From Chiloscyllium plagiosum (Eukaryota): DNA of 34,139 nucleotides. Positions 1 through 11,710 of the stretch are shown here, piece after piece; the first letter of the stretch is position 1; each line of letters starts with the position of its first letter. The translations under genes were made by a program, and so were the position numbers. The stretch is taken from contig NW_025213950.1 in NCBI RefSeq assembly GCF_004010195.1, positions 1 through 34,139 of the forward strand. Reading direction: 5' to 3'. Below the pieces are notes generated by a model. The model did no database searches. It had not been told where the DNA came from and saw nothing but the letters and a program-made list of their open reading frames with translations.

Positions 1-26
1 GCTACAAATCTTCTCACAAACTTTGA
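1..26. repeat. Probable terminus of a Penelope-like repeat continuing left of the window
   Basis: gctacaaatcttctcacaaactttga matches, from memory, the end of an abundant shark PLE terminal repeat; only 26 bp visible. Confidence 0.35.
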
Positions 27-39
27 AGATTTTTTTTGC

Positions 40-1229
40 GAAGGTGGTGTGAGCTGCCTTCTTGAACCATTGCAGTCCACCTGCTTTAGATTGACCCACA
101 ATGCCACTAGGGAGAGAATTCCAGGATTTTGACTCAGCCATAGTGAAGGAAGGGTGATATATTTACAAGCCAGGATGATGAGTGATTTAGAGGGAAACAT
201 GCAGGTGGTGGTGTTCCCTTTTATCCTCTGCCCTAGTCCTTCTAGATGGTGGTATTCATGGATTTGGAAGGTGCAGTCTAAGAAACCTTGATAAATTTCT
301 GCGATGCATCTTGCAAATGGTGTCCTGGAGTTGAGATAACTGACCTGCAACAACTACAACCGTCTTCCTTTTGTTAGGTATGACTCCAACCAGTGGAGAA
401 TCGTCTCTTGACTCCTGTTGACTCTTGCTTTGCCCGGGCTCCTTGATGCCATGTTCAGCCACACCATGGCCTTGAAGTCAAGGACAGTCATTCTCCCCTC
501 ACCAGTGGAATTTAGTTCTTTTGTTCATACATTGGCTATAATTAAGTCAAGAGTTCAATGGCCCTGGTGGAACCCAAACTGGGTGTCAGTAAGCAAGTTG
601 TAGCTGAACAAGTGCTACTTAGTAGAACTGTTGATGACATCATGCATCATTTTGCTGTTGATCTCAAGTAGGCTGATGGCGTGGTAATTGGCTGGGTTGC
701 ATCTTTTCTGATTTTTGTCTCCAGTTCCTACTTCAGCGGTTTTAAGTAGTGCCATGGACATATCAGTACTGTAGCTGCACTGGAACAGCTTGGCTAGGGG
801 CATGGCAAGTTCTGGAGGACAAGTTCTCAGTATTGTTGCTGGAACATTGACAGGACCCATAGCTTTTGCAGTATCTTTTCTTGATATCATATGAAATGAA
901 TCATATTGACTGAAGACTGTCATTTGTGATGCTAGGGACTTCAGGCAGATGCTGAGATGAATCATCCACTAGCCACTTCTGACTGAAGATTATTGCAAAT
1001 TTTTCCGCCTTGTCTTTTGCAGTAATCTTCAGTGCTCGGTGATGGGCTTATTTGTGGAGCCTTCTCCTCCACTGAGTTGTTTAACTGTGCACTAACATTT
1101 ATGACTAAATGTATCTGGACTGAAGGCTTTAGATTTGATCCATTAATGGTGGGATCACTTAACACTATCTGTCACTTGCTGCTGATGCTGCTTCACATGC
1201 AAGTAGTCCTGCTTTGTAGTTTCATCAAG
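40..1229 (-). mobile_element. Degenerate CR1/Jockey-group LINE: partial reverse transcriptase and 3' region, internally deleted
   Basis: ORF 615..965 gives KAMGPVNVPATILRTCPPELAMPLAKLFQCSYS...NPANYHAISLL..SKMM (non-LTR RT N-terminus). Further along the minus strand: QFGFHQGH, VLDFKA, HWLESYL, KRKTVVVVAGQLSQLQD. Stops and frameshifts present. Confidence 0.8.
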
Positions 1230-2376
1230 CTGCATTATTAAAAGACTGTTCTCTGCACTTACTGAAGCCAACTTTCCAGTCATTGCCTAGATAACCCAAC
1301 ACCATGTTGGCCAAATTTTCATCACTATGCTTTTCTAACTGAAAGAAAGTTGGGAAGTTTTCAATGGGAAAACAATTATCAGATGATCCATTTCTTACAA
1401 TAACAGTTTATTGGTTGTCTTGTGAAAAATCTAGACTCAGCAAGGACATTGGAGGATCCTGTTTTTCTCAAGCCATCCAAAATAGATCCTCCTACTTTTT
1501 CAGGCATAATCTCAATGAGATTATAGCATATTGTTCTCAACTGTTTCCATAATGTTTCATATAGTTGACAAGAAATGGACCAAACTTGACAATGAGTTCT
1601 GTCAAGCCAAAAAAATTATGTGGTGAGCTAAACTTTGCATCGCCTCCCACAAAAGCTAGTCCATATTTTAATAATGTGCACCATAACATATTCAAGTACA
1701 TGGCTCCAGTATTGTTGCTCTTTTTCATTCCATCTCCATGGGTTAATCAAAGCTTAATCCACTTTGCCTCCTCAAATAACTGATCAAAGTATTTATATGA
1801 TCCTCAGAGATCTTGTGATTTTGAACTTCAACAGGATTTCACCAGTCACTAAAGTCATTACTAACAATGATGTGAATAATGTTGTGAAGAGCTTGCAGGC
1901 AAAACAGAACAATAAAAAGAATTGTTTGTTGGAAGTTATAGGCCACACTCCTGATTGTAGTTTTCATCATAAATTTTGCCAATTGAAATTGATCTTTTGA
2001 ACAATATTTAATTCCGTTTTTGAATGATTGCTTTGATTTCCCAAATGGGGGCCATTTAATGTGAATACTCTGAGGAACTTTCTTGTATCCAGAATGAAAG
2101 ATCATCATCAGTCATGACGCCCCAGAGACCAAGATCATTAGATTTTGTATATCTATTTTCTTCAGCTGATATTTCATGCTCTGTAATACCTTCAGGTGTA
2201 GTCACATTCCTGTTTGTACACGTGGTGGTTGTTTCTGGATGCTATGGGGCTAACTGATTCTCTTTAGAGATTCTTCCCTTATTACAGCGAAATAATTGCT
2301 GAAGTTTGATCATTGTTTTAGCTGCCCATCAAAGCTGCTGCATTTTTTTCCTTCTTTTTCATCCACTTTCAAATGC
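1229..2376 (-). pseudogene. Fossil hAT-superfamily transposase, ZMYM1-like (TTF-type zinc finger plus DUF4371-like region); C-terminal part absent from the window
   Basis: Manual minus-strand translation across frameshifts, in the expected order: FESG*KRRKK; NDLGLWG; LFCFACKLF (about 1886-1912); DFSDW*NP..QNHKISEDH; EKEQQYWSHVL; CTLLKYGLAFVGGDAKFSSPHNFFGLTELIVKFGPFL (ORF 1537..1728); KCREQSFNNAA (1229-1261; family motif CRGQSYDNAA). Confidence 0.8.
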
Positions 2377-2380
2377 AATA

Positions 2381-3400
2381 TAACAAAGATGCTAGAAACC
2401 TGAACAAAAGCAGAAATTTCTGAAAGAACTCAACAGATCTGGTAGCATCTGTAGAAAGAAAACAGAGTTAACATTTCAGGTCCAATGACCCTTCTGAATT
2501 TGTAGTAGCGAGGTGGAGGTGGTACAAATGCTGAAGACAGGGAGTGGTGGTGGGAGGTAAAGGAATAAATGATGGATAGAGATAGAGCCCAGAGGGAGAG
2601 AAAGACAGTTAGGCAGACAAAGGGATGGATAAGTCAGGGAGAAAGATAAATTGAAAGTGGGAACTATAAGTAGTTGAAAATGGGTTAGCTGTGCTGAAAG
2701 CAGCTCTTGTGATGGCAAGGTCTAGGTGTGGGGATGGGTAAAAGACATGGAAGAAAATGTTCAGGCTCTAAAATTATTGAACTTGATATAGAGTCCTGAA
2801 TGCCACAAGGTCCCAAAGCAGAAAATGAGATGCTTGTGCTCGCTGGAGCACTGTAACAAACCTGAGACAGAAATATTGACTGGGGAGTACAATGGTGTAT
2901 TGACGTGACAAGCAACTGGAAGTTCAGGGTCATGTTTGCGGACAGAACGCAGGTCTTCTGCAAAAGATTTGCCCAGTCTGCAGTTTATCTGCCCAGTTTA
3001 GAGGAGGCCACATTGTGAGCAGTGAACACAATAGACTAGATTGAATGAAGTGCAAGTAAATCACTGCTTCACGTGGAAGGTATGGCTGGAGCCATGGTAG
3101 GTGAGGAGGAAGGAGGTAAACAGGTAGATTTTACAATTCCTGCAATTGTATGGGAAGATTCTGTGTGGTTGTAGGGAGATATTGAGAGTGGAGAAGGAAT
3201 AAGTCAGGCTGTCCTAGAAGGAACAACCCCTGCAAAATGATGACATAGGAGGGGAGAGGAATAGTGGCTGGTAGTGGCATCCCACTGGAGGCTGTGGAAA
3301 TGGCAGCTTATTATTATTTGGAAGAAGAGTAGGTGGGGTGGAAACTAAAGACTAGGGGACCCTATCGGTATTGTGTGTGGGGGGGGGGGTAGGGGTGGTG
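2381..3400 (-). mobile_element. 5'-truncated Penelope-like element: GIY-YIG endonuclease remnant, 3' spacer and terminal repeat
   Basis: Minus strand: DRVPLV (about 3350-3367); FTCTSFNLVYCVHCSQCGLL*TG..RLGKSFAEDLRSVRKHDPELPVACH...HLIFCFGTL..GLYIKFNNFR (about 2767-3065). Bases 2386-2497 resemble the shark PLE terminal repeat. Confidence 0.85.
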
Positions 3401-4289
3401 GAGAGGAAACAAAAAAGGTATATAGTGCTCCGGCACTGACTGTCTTCTAAACTGGAGAGTGTGAGCATTGTGCATTCGTGAATTGTGAGTTGTATATTCA
3501 TTGAACTGGAGAAAGTGAGTGCTGTATAAAAAGATACAAGTGCCATTTTAGTGACTGCATTAACACTTTTATACTAATGGTATGACTTGGGGAATAGTGA
3601 GGCTTGATTATTAGCACATCTTTCCAGTCATAGTTGGAGCACTTACTATTGCTACATACTTTAGGAAATATCTGATGATAGCAAAGACGCGTCAGGTGAA
3701 AACTGGCAGGCGAAACAAACTGTAAAATTTGATAATGCTTTAGAGAAGATCAGACTGGATGGCTTGAATCCCAGGTTGTTAAAGGGAGTGTGGATGGTGA
3801 TAGCAGACTGATTGATTGTAATAATCTTCCAAATTTCCCGGAATAGATTGTGCTGCCAGAGAATTGGAAATTGACAATACTGACACCCTTTTCTGATCAC
3901 TAATAAGTACATCCCTAGTAACTACATGCTGGTTAATTACCCATCAATGATGGGTAATGTTTTAAAACAATTCTCAGGGAAACAATAGAGAGTTTTGGAA
4001 AGATTTGAGTTAATTTAGGTGAGTCGGCAAAGAATTGTAAAGACAGACCACACCTGATTAACTGAACAATTTGATAAAGTAACTGAAAAGATCATTGAAA
4101 AGAATGCATTGGAGGATTTTAAGAAAGTGTTTTATAAGTAATTGGTTTCAAAAATTTAGTCTCATGGAATAGGAGAATCATCTTGGATAAAATAGGCACA
4201 AGGACAGAAACAGTCCTTTTAATTAGAGAATGTAAGTCTTTAATGGAGTGTGGCAACATTTTGTGAGCTGTCTGCAGCAGATATATTCT

Positions 4290-4450
4290 TCCATAGTTTA
4301 TAATCGTTCTTCTCTTAACCTCAATTTGTGTTGTTCTGCTACTCCAATGCATTTTGTATGGTACGATCTAGCTGTATAGCACACAAAACAAAACTTTTCT
4401 CTGTATCTCGGTACATGTGACAACAATAAATCAATTAATCAATCAATCAA
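4290..4450 (+). mobile_element. 3' tail of a non-LTR retrotransposon (Rex-Babar-like) ending in (AATC)n
   Basis: ...caaaacaaaacttttctctgtatctcggtacatgtgacaacaataaatcaattaatcaatcaatcaa: AATAAA followed by a short tandem tail. Family assignment is from memory. Confidence 0.5.
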
Positions 4451-4650
4451 AATGTCAGTCCTAGGCCAACTAAATTATATTCTGCAAAAGTATACATATA
4501 TTTAAATAAAATGTAAGTATGTCATATGTAAATATGATGGATATAGGAGAATGCTGAGAGAAATTGCAAAATTTGCTGATGACACTAAACTTGTAGATGA
4601 GTTGTACAGTTAGGATGACAATCAATTATAACAGGGCTATCAGTTAATAG

Positions 4651-4801
4651 GAGAAAGTGAGGGCTGCAGATGCTGGAGATTAGAGCTGAAAATGTGTTGC
4701 TGGAAAAGCGCAGCAGGAGAAGGGCTTATGCCCGAAACGTTGATTCTCCTGTTCCTTGAATGCTGCCTGACCTGCTGCGCTTTTCCAGCAACACATTTTC
4801 A
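4651..4801. mobile_element. Short PLE-derived hairpin insert with 15-bp TSD
   Basis: Perfect 34-bp inverted repeat 4684-4717 / 4771-4804. Direct repeat gctatcagttaatag at 4636-4650 and 4802-4816. Truncated hammerhead remnant gggcttatgcccgaaacgt. Confidence 0.85.
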
Positions 4802-5079
4802 GCTATCAGTTAATAGCAAATGTTACTCCTTTATTCAAAAGATAGTGTTTAGCTGACACTTGAAACTATGAACAATTATGCATGTGCTCTAATTCAGGAC
4901 ATCATGCGGAAGTGCAACACTGTGCATGAGCAGGGAAGAGTGTGTGCTTTAGAAATTGGCTTTAGCTGCAGGAATGAGGATGTTGGAGGAGGAGCAGGAG
5001 AAATCCGCAGTAATGAAGAAGGAGGAGGACCTAGGCGCTGGGTAGAGGTGTCTAGGCAAAGAAGGTTCAGAAGCCCTGA

Positions 5080-5390
5080 TGCTCTCTACTCCTCTCTCAC
5101 CTTTTTCCTGCACTACCTTCTTTGGTTTCCTCTCCAACCCCCACCTCTGTTCCACTGACCCTCACTCATACTGCCCCCAAATCTCACCTCCCTCCCCCCA
5201 TCCCTGTCCCCAGTCTCCATTCCCTCTCCAGTCACATCCCTGGCTCCCCCTGTCTACATATGATCGGCCCAAATCCCCACCCACTTCACCCTCTCTCCCA
5301 TCTTGGTCCCGTTCTAAACTGTCTCTGCATAACCCCACTTCACCATACCTCTCCCCCTCCCGTGGGGTCTTCATCCACATTTCCATGAAA
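5080..5390. repeat. Pyrimidine/C-rich low-complexity tract
   Basis: Strong C/T bias on the + strand, no clear period; its ORFs are Pro/Ser-rich or Gly/Glu-rich compositional artefacts. Confidence 0.6.
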
Positions 5391-5464
5391 CCATTTGAAT
5401 GAACATGTATGACTTAACACGGTGCATAACATACAAGCACTGGTGTCAGCAAATGCAGCCTTTC

Positions 5465-6095
5465 GAAAAGATTAGGAAACAGGAAGGTACAGGCTACTTA
5501 GTTTAATGTTAATCATAGGAATAATGATTAGAAGCTGCTAATAAAAACAATTTTGCGGGGCAATTTGAAAAATTGGCAGTGTCAAAATGGTGATGTAAAA
5601 GGGAAATGTGTTGCTGGAAAAGCGCAGCAGGTCAGGCAGCATCCAAGGAACAGGAGAATCGACGTTTCGGGCATAAGCCCTTCTTCGGGAATGAAGAAAC
5701 GCCGATTCTCCTGTTCCTTGGATGCTGCCTGACCTGCTGCACTTTTCCAGCAACACATTTTCAGCTCTGATCTCCAGCATCTGCAGTCCTCACTTTCTCC
5801 TCGATGTAAAAGGGAAGTCATGTTTCAATGGTTTACTGAGATTCTTTAAAGAAGGAACTCATACTGTAGGTAAAGGAGCCTTGATAGATGTATTATATAT
5901 AGATTTCCAGAAGGCATGAATCAAGGTGCCACATGAAAAGTTATTGCTGAAAATAAATGCTGATGGTGTATGAGTTAATATATCGACACACATAGAAGCT
6001 TGGCTAGCTAACAGGAAACAGAGTGGGCAGAAATGGGTAATTTTCTAGTTGCAAATCATAACAAACGCCACAGAGATCACTGCAGGAGTCCCACC
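5465..6095 (+). mobile_element. CR1 LINE RT fragment (second copy), interrupted at 5606-5802
   Basis: After removing the insert: SQNGDVKGKSCFNGLLRFFKEGTHTVGKGALIDVLYIDFQKA*IKVPHEKLLLKINADGV..IEAWLANRKQ, matching the CR1 motifs SQHGF.KGKSCLTNL..DV.YLDFQKAFDKVPH. Confidence 0.85.
5606..5802. mobile_element. Short PLE-derived hairpin insert with 14-bp TSD (same family as 4651-4801, opposite orientation)
   Basis: 65-bp inverted arms 5604-5668 / 5696-5760 with 2 mismatches. Direct repeat gatgtaaaagggaa at 5592-5605 and 5803-5816. Minus-strand hammerhead-like ccgaaga-agggcttatgccc-gaaacgtc at 5661-5688. Confidence 0.9.
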
Positions 6096-6591
6096 TTTTT
6101 TTTACTAGGGGTTCTGTTTCAAAACAAGGCACCACCAATGTACTTTTGATCAAATTACACAGACGGGCGAGAAAGATAACCTGACAATTGGCAGGTAATA
6201 CAAGAGCGTGTGATTGAATGGAAGGAATTTAAGCAATTTGGAATATTTTGTCAAGATCTTTCACCAGTCTAAAGGACCATTAATGCAAAGAAAATGGGTC
6301 AATAATGATCCCATGTGATTAGTTCTAAAAATAAACAAATGCGAAGTCATAAATTAGGTTGAAATAGTTCGCTTTGTCTATTAATTGCGGTTTTAATTGC
6401 TGATTTTCTACTGAAATAGCTACATTTAATGTCAAAGATTAATTTACAACACAAATTGGGATTTAATTGTATCAATGTCTGAAGTAGATTTCATAAAGCA
6501 CTAACAGTAATGAAGAGTTAAGGTAAATCATTAATTTTAACCATTTGAACTGCCATCATAGATATTGTCTATAATGCTGGGCAATGTTAGT

Positions 6592-6670
6592 AACTCGGAA
6601 GTAGGTGGGATTTGAAGCCATGTCTCCTGATCTAGAGGTAGGGAACACTACCACTGCACCACAATAGCCC
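6592..6670 (-). mobile_element. tRNA-derived SINE head
   Basis: Minus strand gggctattgTGGTGCAGTGGtagtg...GGCTTCAAATCCC: Pol III A box and degenerate B box at tRNA-like spacing. Confidence 0.65.
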
Positions 6671-6957
6671 ACAAGCATCCTTCTGTAACTATTTTTTGTA
6701 TTTATATCATACCTTTGGCATAGTCAATTGTACCAACATGTCTCAAGAGACCACAGATTCTTTATTATTCCCAATGTGGACATAAACCTTTTTTTAATCA
6801 GGTAGCAGAGTGGTCAAATAAGTGAAAAAAAAAGATAAAAACCTAAGTGTCTTTGTAGCACCCTGTCGTAACAAGTAAATTTACTGTTTGACTTGTGCAT
6901 ATTCTCTATACACTGTACATAATTACAAAATGCTTCTTCTGCACAATATTTGAGACA

Positions 6958-7045
6958 ATAGCAAAATATTGCAGGTGTAGAAAACAAAAAAACAAAACCG
7001 AAATACTCAGCAGGTTGGACAGCATCTGTGAAGAGACAAACTGTG
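6958..7045. mobile_element. Decayed PLE terminal-repeat fragment
   Basis: gaaatactcagcaggttggacagcatctgtgaagaga is similar to 2425-2460 in this window. Confidence 0.55.
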
Positions 7046-7399
7046 AAATGCCAGAGATTTCTCAAAAGGAGCTATGTCCCAATTCTGCTTGATTATATTT
7101 GAGTTCTAAACCCTCAAAGATTTCAATTAAGAATGATGGTCTGGTATGTCATGCTGTAGATCCAATCAGAAAGTCAACTGCTCTGCACCTTCGGCAGTGC
7201 CAATGAGAGAGGCGGCCTCTCCTGAGGCTTCAAATAGGTCAAAAAGGCCATTATATTTTGACGCACTTCACAAAGAAATAATGACCTTTCTCTCCATAGG
7301 GGCCAGGCGATTGAGGGATCAATGTCTTTAACAGTGATGTCAGGACTGCGAGGGGCAGACTTTGCTACTGAGGCCATAATCTCCTTGAGCAATGAAAGT

Positions 7400-9190
7400 T
7401 TCAGGTTTCGATTCATGGCACCATTACTGGGGAAAGAAGGAGATAAACCAAACTTCACCTGAATTGCATAAGATCAGTAGCCTGGCAAATTGTGGTGGGA
7501 AGGATAAAGTGAGAGATTTTGAAAGTTAAAGGGCCATTTGCATAAAGGTATGAGAACATATGAGGAAATGTAGTCAGAGTCTGAAAAAAATGGTTTGACA
7601 CTAAAAGAGCAAGGTCAGAGTTCAGATCAAGGAAGTTTTAGAAATCCAAAAAATAAAAGTTGATGCAATAGAAAATAATCTCAGTGTGGAGAAAGTCAAG
7701 CTGAGCAAGGCAGAGAATGCAATGGTAGTGGTACATCAGACAGTAAGATTAATAATTTAAAAAGTAAAATTGTCATTTTATCTGAACATGTGGCCATTCT
7801 GCAATAAAGATAGATGGCAGAAATAGAGATAAATAGTTTCAATTCAGTTACAATTACAGAGGCATGATTTCAAGCTGACAAATGTTGGGGAATAAATAAT
7901 AGAGTGCCCAACATTTTGAAAACACAAGCAGAGCTGGATAGGATAAAGGGTGAGCACAAATAATAAATTATATCTTTTTTGGAGGGAAATGGGAGAAGAG
8001 CACCATCCCTCTCTCTCCAGTCTGATTAAAAAAAGGTTTATGTCCACAAATCACAATAAATGTAACTGTTCACCCAGTTCCTGGTATGGCCAATCATCTG
8101 CTTTCTCTTTATTAGATTTATAATAAAATGATTAATCAGCCAGATTACTTTAAAAAAAGATTCATTATAAAACAAAATTTATTCAACAAAAATGCATAAC
8201 TGTTAACACAAACACAATTTGCAATGTGAAAAGATAAATATTTACCCATTTAACCCAAAACACATGAGAAGAAAGCCAATTTCTCAAGGCAAAGATTCAC
8301 TTTGGGAAAAACAATTGGCGAATAATTGTTACATTTTGAAGGAAAACTGAATGGATAGTATGTCATATTCAGATGAGGCTATCAATCCAGCAATCTGGCA
8401 AATGCAAATAAGTCACTAAACAAGTGTGGTGGTTTCTAGGGTCTTGGCAGACGTAGCTGGCTTGGAAAACAGTATTGAGAAATCTTCCAGTTGTTCTTGA
8501 AGAGGACAATCAGGTTATGCACTGGACTCATAACAGGATGTTTCAGAAACAGGAGGGAGGTGAGCTGGGGAGCTTTTCCTCATTCGGCTTCTTCATTCAA
8601 CTGAAAAAGGAAATGATCTCCAAATAGTTTCAATGTCTTTTCATTGACACCTTATATCTCCATAGATTTGAAGCAAATTTATTTTTCCACAATCAAAAAA
8701 TTAAATATGATGCCTTCACAACACTCAAGTCATAACAGATGGAAATTAGTTAGATGGTCAGTATGTGAGGAAACTAGGAATAGTAAGGTCAGAAAATTCT
8801 GTTGGAAGTTGTTTAGAGGCCCCCTAATAACAGTAGTCATGCAACTTTAACACTAAACATGAAATGATTGGAGCTTGAAACAAACGCAATTCATTTATTG
8901 TGGGTAATTTTACCTTTGCCTTATTTGGTCAAATCCATGTGGAAATTAATTTAGAATATAACAATCCAGAATGTTTCTGACAATTCCCTATAGCATTATG
9001 TTATGAAACGATGTTGTCTTAAAGGTATTTTAGATCTTGTATTTTGCAAAAAGCCAGAGTTAATTAGTAATATCATTGTAAAAAATCCACTGTGATATCA
9101 GAGATCATTGTACATTGAATCTTCCAACATTAATTTTGAAAATGACGAATTCCAATTTCAAACTAGGATATTGCTGAGAAAAGACTTTTT
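7400..9190 (+). mobile_element. Decayed CR1 LINE 5' portion: end of ORF1 plus ORF2 APE endonuclease, split by an insertion at about 7962-8737
   Basis: HHYWGKKE-like ORF1 remnant near 7415-7442; YLNM..AEIEINSFNSVTITEA*FQADKCWGIN (about 7779-7898). After the insertion: RNSKGQKI, RPPNNS, IVGNF, ILDLVFCKKPELISNIIVKNPL..DH. Confidence 0.75.
7962..8737. repeat. Unclassified, possibly solo-LTR-like insertion inside the CR1 endonuclease
   Basis: Interrupts otherwise colinear CR1 endonuclease sequence. Right end agtcataaca (reverse complement TGTTATGACT) is LTR-terminus-like. Left end and TSD unresolved. Confidence 0.35.
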
Positions 9191-9271
9191 GAACCCTTTA
9201 GTCATGCACCCTTTAGAAATCATGGAAGCATCAATGTAAAAAAAGAACATCTACAATGAGTATACTGAATA

Positions 9272-9450
9272 GGTCAGTTAGCTCAATTGACTGGTTTGCA
9301 ATGTAAAGTGGTACTAACAGCGTGGGTTCAATTCCTGCATTGTATGAGGTTGCCACGTAGTTCCATCCTTCTCAACCTCTCCTATGACACAGTCACCATC
9401 ATTTTTCTTTCTCTCTCTCATGAGAGGATGGAACTGTGGTGATTTATTTT
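9272..9450 (+). mobile_element. tRNA-derived SINE
   Basis: A box TAGCTCAATTGA (about 9278) and B box GGTTCAATTCC (about 9325), followed by a body resembling a common shark SINE (from memory). Confidence 0.7.
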
Positions 9451-10409
9451 ACTGAACACTGACGTTATGACTCTGAATGGAGGAGCATGCTGGCAATCAA
9501 ACTCCTCCGCTCCATGAGCTGTTTCAAGAGTGTAAATGTCTTACAATAAATTTCAAAATAACGTGATTATAAATGAATTTATTCTTCAGACAATTGGAAA
9601 AATGTGTGTTCAACTAATTTACTATCTGAAGTTAACCTGTATCCCCTTAACTTCAAACACACATACATACACATGCACACGCAAGATATAATAACGTAAT
9701 TCAACATAGATGTCAAGAATATGGATTTAGGAAATAGAATGAATTGAATTCCCTGTTGAGATCAAATTGCAGACAGTCACAATTGATAGAAGATTTTCAG
9801 ACTAGAATTCAGTTCCAATGCAAAACAATTAGGAGTACCAATACAGTATTTGAAACTTGATCAGGTTTTCAAATGAGACAGGGCTTTTCTTTGGTTTTGC
9901 TTTCTAGCTGTCTGCTGCCAACTCCTTCAACAACTCACAGCTCAGCTCCCTGAAGACACACTCCAAACTCAGTCTGCAGGAGCTTACTGAGCAACAAACA
10001 GCACAAATCCTAGGGTTTTCCAAGTCTGTTTGTCCAACAATCCAATCATACAACCTATCTCTTAAGAGCTTTGTTTCTCTGCTTCTCTACATTCTCTTGT
10101 CTTGTTGTAAGCAATCGTTAAACCATAGTTCTCTTTGACCTTTTAACCTTTTGTGCCAAAAATCACATGATGAAACGTCTTCAACTGAGCAAGAAGAAGA
10201 CCTGCTTTAAAAAAGATTATTGAGTAATGCTGCTTTCTACAAAGACTCCTATTGTTGATGTTATAACTGGGGGAAAGAGGTGAGGACTGAAGGACATCCA
10301 GAGAATTGTAATTGAATTTACTGTTGCTGTGTCCAAAAGAGAGAAATCGACATTGATTATTGGGTGTTGGTTGCCTTGCTGATTTTATTATTCCTATTTT
10401 TGTGGCATC

Positions 10410-10676
10410 TTTGTATGTGCATGCGTGCAAGTGTGTGTCTCTACGTGTGTGTTTCTGAGTGCATGTATGTATCTCTCTGCATATGTCTCTGTGTATGTGC
10501 ATGTGTCTCTATGCGTTTATGTGTGTGTGTCTGTGTGTGTGTCTCTGTGTTTGAGAGTACATGTGTCTGTGTGTGTCAGTACAGGCATGCCTCAGTGTGT
10601 GTGCATGCATGTCTCTGTGTGTATGTATGTGCGGGTGTTGTGTGTGTGTGTATGAGAGAGAGAGAGTGAGAGAGAT
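10410..10676. repeat. Imperfect (TG)n microsatellite followed by (GA)n
   Basis: Directly visible: TG-rich about 10410-10652, GA-rich about 10654-10676. Confidence 0.95.
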
Positions 10677-10992
10677 CTACATTTGCATAAAATCCTAATC
10701 AGTTCAGTTCATTCGAACGCCCCAGCCCCACTTCACGTTGCCAGGATCAGCTGATGTAAAGGATAGGAGGTAGCTCATTCACTAAAGGCAACACCATCTT
10801 CTCCATTCGCAGGATGAACCTGTATAGAAAGGCTGCTTCTATGGTTCCTGCCACTCCTCTGGCCTGATTACCATTTAAATTACTGACAAAGAAACAGAAA
10901 GGAGAGCTACTTCAACCCTGATAGGAGGTTTGAGGTATGTTTGAAGGCAATGGCTGGGGATTTTCAGGACCTCAGCCATTGCATGTGCCCAG

Positions 10993-11169
10993 TCCTCCAC
11001 CTAATTCCTTCTCCTTCTCTAATGTCACTTACCCTTCAATATTCAGGTATCAATCCGTATCATCTTGCAGCCATGTCTCTGTAATGTCTACCAGACCGTA
11101 CCTATTTATTTCTGTTTGTGCTCTCAGATCATCTTCCTCATATTCAATGTTACAGGCATTCAAATAAAG
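10993..11169 (-). mobile_element. CR1 ORF2 APE endonuclease N-terminal fragment
   Basis: LYLNACNIEYEEDDLRAQTEINRYGLVDITETWLQDDTD*YLNIEG..GGG (family motifs LYLNARS, ITETWL). Confidence 0.85.
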
Positions 11170-11320
11170 TCATAGAGTCTTAGATTCATACAACATGGAA
11201 AAAGATTCTTCGGACTAACCAGTCCATGCTGAACATAATCCCAAACTGAACCAGTCCCACCTGCCTGCTCCTGGCCCATATCCTCCAAGCCTTTCCTATT
11301 CATGTACTTATCCAAATGTC
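11169..11320 (-). mobile_element. 3' end of a CR1-clade (HER1-like) LINE
   Basis: Begins with gtcatagagtcttagattcatac (reverse of a short tandem 3' tail) and resembles the HE1 SINE tails in this window; HE1 shares its 3' end with HER1. Confidence 0.7.
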
Positions 11321-11710
11321 ATAATTTGTGGATCAGTAAATACTGAAGAGTGGCTACACTTAAGTATACTCAAGTGTAGAAGGAACAGATAATACAATCT
11401 CCCAATATCGGCACTATCCAGTGGAAAGTTTAAACATCCCTGTATCAAGGGTGGTGCTCTGACACTCTCAATGTGAGAGACCTTGAGTGAGGTCCTAGAC
11501 ATTCTTGCTCCAGTGAACTGCACCCAGTATAGGCCAGAGCTCTAGAATCATAGAATCCCTATGTGACTTGTCCCATGAAGTCCACACCAACCCTCTGAAG
11601 AATATCCAACCCCTATCTCTGTAATCTCACATTTTCCATGGCTAAACCACTTAGTCTGTCTCTCCCTACATAGTACAAGGAAATTTAGAATGGCCAAACT
11701 ACCTAATGAG

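Larger units (their letters stand above)
3750..4820 (+). mobile_element. Highly decayed CR1 LINE RT fragment, interrupted at 4290-4450 and 4651-4801
   Basis: DGLNPRLLKGV, LPENWKL, PSNY, FDKVTEKI, DFKKVF; IAKFADDTKL at about 4563-4592 (RT catalytic motif). Confidence 0.7.

Noticed and set aside
4868..5402. Glu/Gly-rich and Pro-rich ORFs; possible Harbinger 3' remnant
   Set aside because: Low-complexity composition; no diagnostic transposase motif could be read.
4651..5802. Hairpins as pre-miRNA genes, terminators or DNA-transposon MITEs
   Set aside because: The arms are PLE terminal-repeat sequence, are asymmetric, and are flanked by 14-15 bp TSDs, unlike the short fixed TSDs of typical MITEs.
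6592..9340. tRNA genes at 6592-6670 and 9272-9340
   Set aside because: A and B boxes are present but no convincing cloverleaf; better explained as SINE heads.
9463..10330. Second LTR-like element starting cgttatgact, similar to the reverse complement of 8728-8737
   Set aside because: Only a 9-bp terminal similarity; no defined other end, TSD, primer-binding site or coding remnant.
10143..10669. Cys/Val-rich and His/Thr-rich ORFs
   Set aside because: Translations of the (TG)n microsatellite.
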